A stretch of DNA of 62,240 nt, the filler included, from Platydemus manokwari (Eukaryota), in the NCBI GenBank assembly GCA_037951405.1. It is 6 parts of 6 records of this genome, joined end to end, with 100 filler letters (N's around TTAATTAATTAA, not from the genome) between each part and the next. Parts side by side here need not be neighbours in the genome. Positions count along the whole stretch, not along the records: positions 52,313 to 62,240 come from JBBMOY011188322.1; 5 more parts are not named here. One strand, written 5' to 3'. The translations under genes and the position numbers were made by a program. The stretch's first letter is position 1. Every line of letters begins with the position of its first letter. This document shows, one piece after another, positions 55,095-62,240 of the stretch. The notes below the pieces were generated by a model, which was not told where the DNA came from, made no database searches, and saw nothing but the letters and a program-made list of their open reading frames with translations.

Positions 55095-55349
55095 TTGGAG
55101 TCTTTTATAATGGATCCACTCAAAACTCCCTATGAACCGGAAATAGCCTTAGAACTGGCAGTAAATTTGAATGGAAAATTAAACACCTTCTTTCAATCAA
55201 ATGTAAGGATTATTGACAATCCGCATGCAAATATCTCCAGACAGAAAAATGGTTATGACTGTGGTCCATTTGTATGCGCTTATAGCTTACAAGTTATAAA
55301 TAGAGATATTTCCATTTTCCACCAGCTCTATGAAAATCGAATACATTGA
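55095..55349 (+). pseudogene. Ulp1/SENP-type (C48) cysteine protease fragment, probably TE-derived
   Basis: RQKNGYDCGPFVCAY is the Q.N..DCG.FV catalytic-Cys motif. An upstream I.DPL could hold the catalytic Asp. No intact HW motif or start codon. Confidence 0.6.
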
Positions 55350-57524
55350 CTGGTATTACTTGATTCACGTACCGAAAATTTCCTTAGTTATCACTCGACA
55401 TTCCATCTTTGAACTGAAAACTTATCCATTTCTTTAATATCAAAATAGGAATTCCTAAATATCTTTCGTTTTGGCCTATTTTTTTTTACCTTGTAACGGT
55501 GTTCTAACATAAGCTAAAGTATTTCTTCAAAATTTATATTGAGCATCTGTTTGATATCAATGTTTCATGATATTCGTTCATTTCATTTTCATGATCACTC
55601 TGATAATTTCTATTAAAATAATCGCGGTTGTATAAATAACACAGTTTATATTAACATATTACATTGCTAGGCATAAATTAATAATTTAAAACTTATTTAA
55701 TTTATTTATTTAAACTCATCTTTATATTCTAAAAATTGAAAAATCATTTGCAGTTTATTAAGTTGTTAATTTTTTTGTTTTAATTTCTCAATTTTTATCT
55801 AATATTTCCTTATATGACATTTTATTGACAAAATCTGTTTCACTTTCAGGATTCAGTAGGTTTGCCATTCTAAAATTATTCCATCAGAAATTACCTTACA
55901 TAATATCACTGAGTTTATTAATATATTTTTCTGTTACATATTTCGGTATCGCGGCAAAAATTCTATTAAAACCAATAGAATCTCATCCGATGAGCAGAAC
56001 AATTCATTTAATTCATAAAAACTGATTTATAAAAAACGTTTGATTGAAAAACCTTAAAAATTCTTGAACTAATTTGAAATTGTTTGTGCAATAAAGAAGA
56101 AACAAACTGTAAGCATTAGTTTAACGAATCAGCACAAGAATACAATAAATCAAATTTAAATCAAAACAATCTACTTACTACACAAGGACAATTAATATTA
56201 AACAGGATTTACCAAACGCTCGACAAAATTTTGTCACCAGCATCAAGTAAATATCATACAATATTCTATTTCCAATAGGATCTACATCGATTACATGTAT
56301 ATGTCTATGATGATAAGTTGAATATACTAGAGAAGCTCAAATAATATTATGTCCGATACATAAATATGAATATAAATTGTGTTATCAACGGTTAATTTCC
56401 AATGCTATATACTGCATTTGTGCACTAACATTAAATGTCAAAATTATAATTATCAATCACAATATTACATATTAAATCAAATCGTCAAATAATCACAAAG
56501 AAAATCGCACTCACAATAGCAAAGTTAATAACCAACTCGCAACTGGATCAGCAAAATCGTAAGAAAAAATGGAACACAAACAACAGCCACAAAACATTGG
56601 GGATTTGGAAAGTAAGTCAGGCGAAAATTATCGACCAAGAAATCCGTCAGTTATTTCCCAAATCTGACTCCTCGTCTGTTTATCTGTTGGCCTAACATTT
56701 TATATTTATTTTTTAACAAATTATAAATTTACAAAAAATAATTCCACAGTTTAATTCAATCGAGAATTTTATTTTAAACAAATTGGTGTAGTGATGTTGC
56801 TGTGATCGCAAGAATTCATCTATAGGTCCTAATTTATTCTAGAGTTTATAAAAAGGTCTGATCCTTTTGGGTATTTTGTTTTAATTGAGATTTTAACATT
56901 AACAAATTTACCGAATTAATTCAATTATCAATGTTTTACCTAAATTATTTTTTCCCCAATTCAATGACCTTGATTCATGGTTTCAATTTATTTCAATTTC
57001 TGTTGTTTATACAATTAATTTTTCTATAGAGATATTTCTACATAACTCATTTATTCTAATTATCAAATATTTCGTGCCCCAGAACATACTATTGATTAAA
57101 TTTTTCTCAGATGTCTGTAAATCGATTTTATTAAGCACACTAAGTCAATTATTGTATTTAAAATTAACATTCAGAATGCACAGTTCCACAAAAACTTATC
57201 TATCAAACCCAATATGTAGCTCTAGACTATTTCCTATCATAAAAACATTTCATAAAAATATTGTTTCTAAACTCATTAAATAGCTTAATTTTATTTCATC
57301 ATTTCAATAAATACTCGTGGACAACTCACTCCTTATAATGAACATTAAAAATAATACCCAACTAAAACATCAGATGTAAAATCGATAAAACTCGAGAAAG
57401 ACTAACTCGATAACGAAAATTCAAAAAAATAAATATTCGATATAATTCAGAACAATGCATGTTTATTACAAAAATAATTCAAAATGAAAGATCAATGCAT
57501 TATACACACAAGCAAGCACACATA

Positions 57525-60500
57525 TCAACTTAAATGGAAACCAGAATCTGAGCCAATAGCATACAAGAGTTTCTGTCGCATCTCTTCCAACTTTTCATAA
57601 GCTGGTAATCTCAAAAGATTGATACACGTGCTGGCAGTTGGTAGTCGATCGGTGTCTTGAACGACTTGAATCGCGAATTTCGGAGTCAATTCACTGAATC
57701 CAAGCATCGGTGGTCGCGATATCGATGTGACGAATTGAATGAAATTCCGCTTCTCATCTTCCGACATGTCGAACAGAACGATCCAGAAATTTTTAATCGT
57801 ATCCGAATTTTCCGGATCGTCGATTCCATGGTAAATCGTATTGCGTTTCAAATCGCACAAATCGATCGATGAGCCACCACCGGTGATAATGAAGGAGATC
57901 TCGTCGAGATCGAACAATTGAAAACATTCAATGGGGAAAACATCGTCCAATCCGGCAATGATAACCGATGTTTGGGATGATATTTGTCGATTGAGTTTAT
58001 AATCGGCCACGAGATAGATGTATTCGATTTTGTTGGAATTCGTCACTGATATATGTTCGCCATTCGGTTTCAATTCGACAATCTTCGTCATTCCATAACA
58101 AGATCGAGAAACGGTAAAATCCAAATTGATATCCTCAACATTTGTCATCGATTTTAGCGATAATAAATTCCGATACAGATCTTCATCCAGATATTGTAGG
58201 TTATCGATATCGATTTCTTCGCGAGACGAGCGATTGTTGAACAATTTCTGAATGAAAAACGGAGCGAATGGAGCTTCGACGAGAAGACCTTTGAATATGA
58301 TCAATCCCAACATTCGACCAAAGAAATCGAGATGACTACGCCAATTTTCTGGATAAAGCGTTTCAAGTTCGGGATTTGGATAGAGCAGATTGTTTTTTGT
58401 CGAAACAAACAATCCTCGCTTGGGATCACAAGCTTCTTTGATGATATTCGTCAAAAATTCTCGCAACAATCCGCCACCATCGACACCAGATTCAATCATA
58501 CCGAATCGATCAACGAATTCGATTTTCAGATTGGATCTAAGATTGGCGAATGATTTTTTGGTGATTTGATTGAAAGCGTCCTCATAGAGATTATCTCGAC
58601 GAACGCGAATCGGTGAACGCATATTGAACGATGTCGGTGTGTGGATGCTGTTGATGAGCTCTTTGAACAGCTTCATTCGCGTACCGATTGGAACAATGAA
58701 TGGCATTTCTTTCAAAATGACGAGTTGACGAAAATCGGTTGACGATAATTGGCCGAAATTTCTCGAGTCGAATCGATAATCTTTCAATAATAAATCACGA
58801 AAATTATTGAGCTGGTTGACATTGATCCGACAAATCTCCGATTTTACCCACTCCAATCGTTTACCGGACACTTGCAAACCTTTTCTAACGTCTCGATTGT
58901 AGAGCCTGATGACGACTCGTTGCAATTCGATAAACATTTTGACGAGTTTCTCGTTGCAGATTTGTGATTTGACGGGTTTGAGATGACGTTTGTCTTGGGT
59001 AATTGATGATGAAGATGAGCCAGATCTCGATTCATAAATCAATAGAATCAAACCACACATGATATCGCGCAATTTCAGAACGATTTCACACAATTCATTG
59101 GGCGAGAATTCCATGACTTTTGACGAATCTTCCGAATCGATCTTGATCAGATCAAGATCTTGCACACTGAGCAGTCGCCAATGGAGACAGTTGGCAAAAC
59201 AAAGCAATTTACCGAAAAACTCTTTCACATCATTATCAACCGATCGAAGCTGTCCATTAATCAGCGATTTCATTAGCGATTCGTTCGCGTCTTTCGTTTT
59301 CTGTTCGACCACCGATCGCCACAGTCGTCGGGAAACGGTTTTACTCATCTGTATGAGATTGAGAATGAATGTTTTCGATTCGGAACTGCCGATGAGTTTC
59401 GTTTCGAGAATCAATAAATGATAAACGTATCCGATCGAATCGTAGAGCAATTTCATATCGATTGCCAAATGTTCGGCTTGAATGGCTTGCGGAACGATAA
59501 TTTGACAGAATTTCATTTTCAATATCACAGCGATTTCCTGTTCCACCAACGACATTTCCATTGGCACAGCGAGTATCGCTTGGTGTTCGCCTGATTTTTC
59601 ATCATCATCATCTTCATCATCATCCGATTCATCATCGTCTCGCTCGATCACTTTCATTTCGAAATCGAAATCATCACGATTGATCAGATTGGTATCGGTA
59701 TTGATATGTTCCGGTAAATTGTTCGTCAATACTAATTGGTTCTCGTCAAATAATGAGCGAGATATGTGAAAGAACAATAGAAGCGTTTTGGCCGATATTT
59801 CCGGTGTTAAACAATCGATTTTCACATCAACAACCGACGATAGAATCAATAGAAGCAGTTCCGATGAGATGTTGATCGAATTCGTTCCATTGGGATGATT
59901 GAAATGTTGATAAATAATATCGATGAATACATTCAATGAAACGATATCCAATATAGCGATATTCATCAATTTCAAGATCTTCAATGGATTAATGGAATGG
60001 ATCTTTTGTTTGGAATAAATATTATTCACAAATCGAATAACGGCCACATGCAACAGATCGTAAATCTTTGCCGTTTCAATGGGTTTCAAAACGATCTTCA
60101 AGATCGAATTGACTTTCAATTGATTATACACCTCATACGAATCTTCACAACGGAATAAAAATTGTCGATCGATAAATACTGATATATCACTAAAATATTT
60201 CGATTGCAATAAGAAATGTAGGACGTTGTCATAGAAACGATTATGAATATTTCTATCCAAAGTATTATTAATCGATAAGTTATGGAGATGAGAGAAAAAG
60301 ATTTCGAAAAATCGTATGAATAAATTATAGGATATTGATTGAGAATTTTCGGGAAATGATCTTAAATGCCTGAAAAAAAATAACAGATAAAATTTATACC
60401 AATCCTTTTCCGGAATGAAAAAACAATTCTAACTTTGCAATTATCCTCAGAAAAAGATTCAAAGTGACTGCATAATAATAGTTTTGAATTGAAATATTAG

Positions 60501-61192
60501 CAAATAAGCCACCGATTTTATCGTTGACAACAAGTAGATTTACAATCAATTTCTGAAGAATATTTTAAAAAATACATTATAAAATTTTTAAATCGTTTTT
60601 AAGTTTGAAATATGAAAATATTATATTTAAAATTAATTAATGTTTAAAAATAATCATAATTTCTTGTAGAAATATATCTAATAATAATAATAGTAACAAT
60701 CAATCACCAATGAATCATCAGCCAAATTTGAACTGTCAAAGAACATAAGCAAATAATCTATAGCCTTAACAATTGATACATTAAACTGAACTTCATTTAA
60801 ATTAAACTGAGATATCTCTGACATTAAGTGTCGGAACTCGTTGAAAGCTTGCTTTTTCTATAGAAAATGATTAATAAAAATAAATGGTTTATAAATCTCG
60901 TACATTTCTTTTGATAATTAAGTAATGTCTATATGCCTTTTGAATTCGGGTAGCGCAAATAATTTGGCGATTAAGTAACTGAAATAAATGGTTAATGGTA
61001 AGCAGTCGGAAATAAATTAATATTACCGCTCGTTTTTCTCTTTCTGAACGAGCATTTTCAATGAGATCCTTTTTCCCAACCTATTGTAATATACAAAAAT
61101 ATTTTATAAATTAGTTAAGAAGAATCTACATCTTTTTGTTTACTGTAATTAATAGATCGGGGTTTTTTATAATGACCTTCAAAAGAAAACAT
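57525..61192 (-). CDS. UBE3C: UBE3C-like HECT E3 ubiquitin ligase, complete 6-exon gene (exons 61192-61130, 61080-61027, 60978-60904, 60857-60708, 60552-60434, 60369-57525; 1101 aa)
   Basis: All five introns are GT-AG with matching phases (63+54+75+150+119+2845 = 3306 nt). The N-terminus MFSFEGHYKKPR, the segment LIENARSEREKR and the IQ motif ATRIQKAYRHY resemble UBE3C. The C-terminal HECT domain has RVRRDNLYEDAF, ESGVDGGGLLREF, FVTSISRPPMLGF, catalytic LPTASTCINLLRLP and terminal GFHLS. The ORF track shows only part of the last exon. Confidence 0.93.
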
Positions 61193-62240
61193 TTTTCAAA
61201 AAAAACTTAACTAGAATATATTTAAACAAAAGCAATGAGTAATGACTTTGATTGGTTGTTCAAATGTGAACATCTAAAATAATGCAAATGAAACTGTTTT
61301 ACTGTAAAACTTTAGCATAATATATGGGAATATTAAATAACTTAATTATATGTAAATGAATTTTAAAATAGTTTTAAATTTTAATGTAATTCTAATATAC
61401 AATGGAAATGATTAGATTTTCACTACATGTTACAAATTTAATTGTAAAAATTAAATTAATTAAAATTTAAATAAGAATCTTATACCACTTAAATTTCGTA
61501 ATAAGCCTTAATAAGACTACAAAAATCCCCATAATGTTAATAGTGATATTTAAATAAATCAAAAACATCTCAAGGAAATTTCCATTTTTTCGTTTAAACA
61601 GCATCATAAATATTCTTGTTATGTACGCGTTGGCATTAAAATATCAACAGCCTGAGTTCACCTTAATCTATGTAATCCACTTCGATCAGAATTTCTATAA
61701 TATTTCTGTGCCTTACTTACTAAGACAATTAATAAGGTCAAATGGATTTAAAATTTTGATTGGATACGTTACACAGATACAATGACAACATCAAATTTGA
61801 TAATGTTCAATAAAAACTCTGTTTCTGACGTTCACAGTTAAAACATATTCCATTACTCTTTGGTACTGTGCTTCTTAGCTGTTGTAAAATTATATATATT
61901 ATTATAAACAAGCAAACGAAAAACTATTATAAAATTTTATCATAATTTTTCAAGCTTTAATTATTAATAGAAATGTACACACAAATAGTAAGTATAGTCA
62001 GTGTTTGAGACCAGACAGTGAAATTAAAAATAAATTTGCAACTCTGTCAGATTACTCTACCAGAGTTAAAAAATTACTTTTACTTATTTTAGGTTATTTT
62101 GTACCAATTTTAAGTATTTTTTCAAAATATTACTATTATTTCGAATTTCACTCAAACCTTTGATACAGAGAAAACCGCTTAATAAAAACATACTATTAAA
62201 CGAAATATCGTTTAATAAATAAAAATTTCATTTCAAAAGT

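Noticed and set aside
56760-56940. GKTLIIELIR and KLGPIDEFLR pieces as tyrosine kinase exons
   Set aside because: Splice phases are incompatible and no HRD or DFG motif follows.
57657-59421. Antisense and alternate-frame ORFs inside UBE3C (also those inside the P450, 5344-5691, 27327-27515 and 35727-35921)
   Set aside because: Shadow ORFs of real coding sequence, with no motifs.
1-62240. CRISPR arrays, tRNA/rRNA genes, operons or prokaryotic defence systems
   Set aside because: None seen. The sequence is intron-containing eukaryotic DNA and the tandem repeats lack unique spacers.

Overview
Very AT-rich eukaryotic (animal) genomic DNA with short GT-AG introns of 34-155 nt in the reconstructed genes. 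The composition and TE content suggest a triclad planarian or similar flatworm (inference only). The window is not one continuous contig: five identical 100-bp spacers (44 N + TTAATTAATTAA + 44 N) and one 164-N gap join roughly 9-13 kb pieces, so adjacency across spacers is unreliable. Host genes: a complete 6-exon UBE3C-like HECT E3 ligase reconstructed by hand (1101 aa, minus strand), a complete intronless clan-2 cytochrome P450, one exon of cGMP-dependent protein kinase, the last exon of an NMNAT missed by the ORF track, a 4-exon coiled-coil gene fragment and a 2-exon unknown gene end. Much of the rest is decayed TE sequence: a near-complete dead piggyBac, a Merlin family (transposase remnant plus three derivatives), an internally deleted Gypsy, the 3' end of an R2/NeSL-type RLE retrotransposon, a Penelope 3' end with a decayed hammerhead-like motif, mariner, pogo and hAT ends or MITEs, a LINE endonuclease remnant and a Ulp1-type protease fragment. 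I found no convincing novel multi-gene system; the more speculative leads are scored accordingly.
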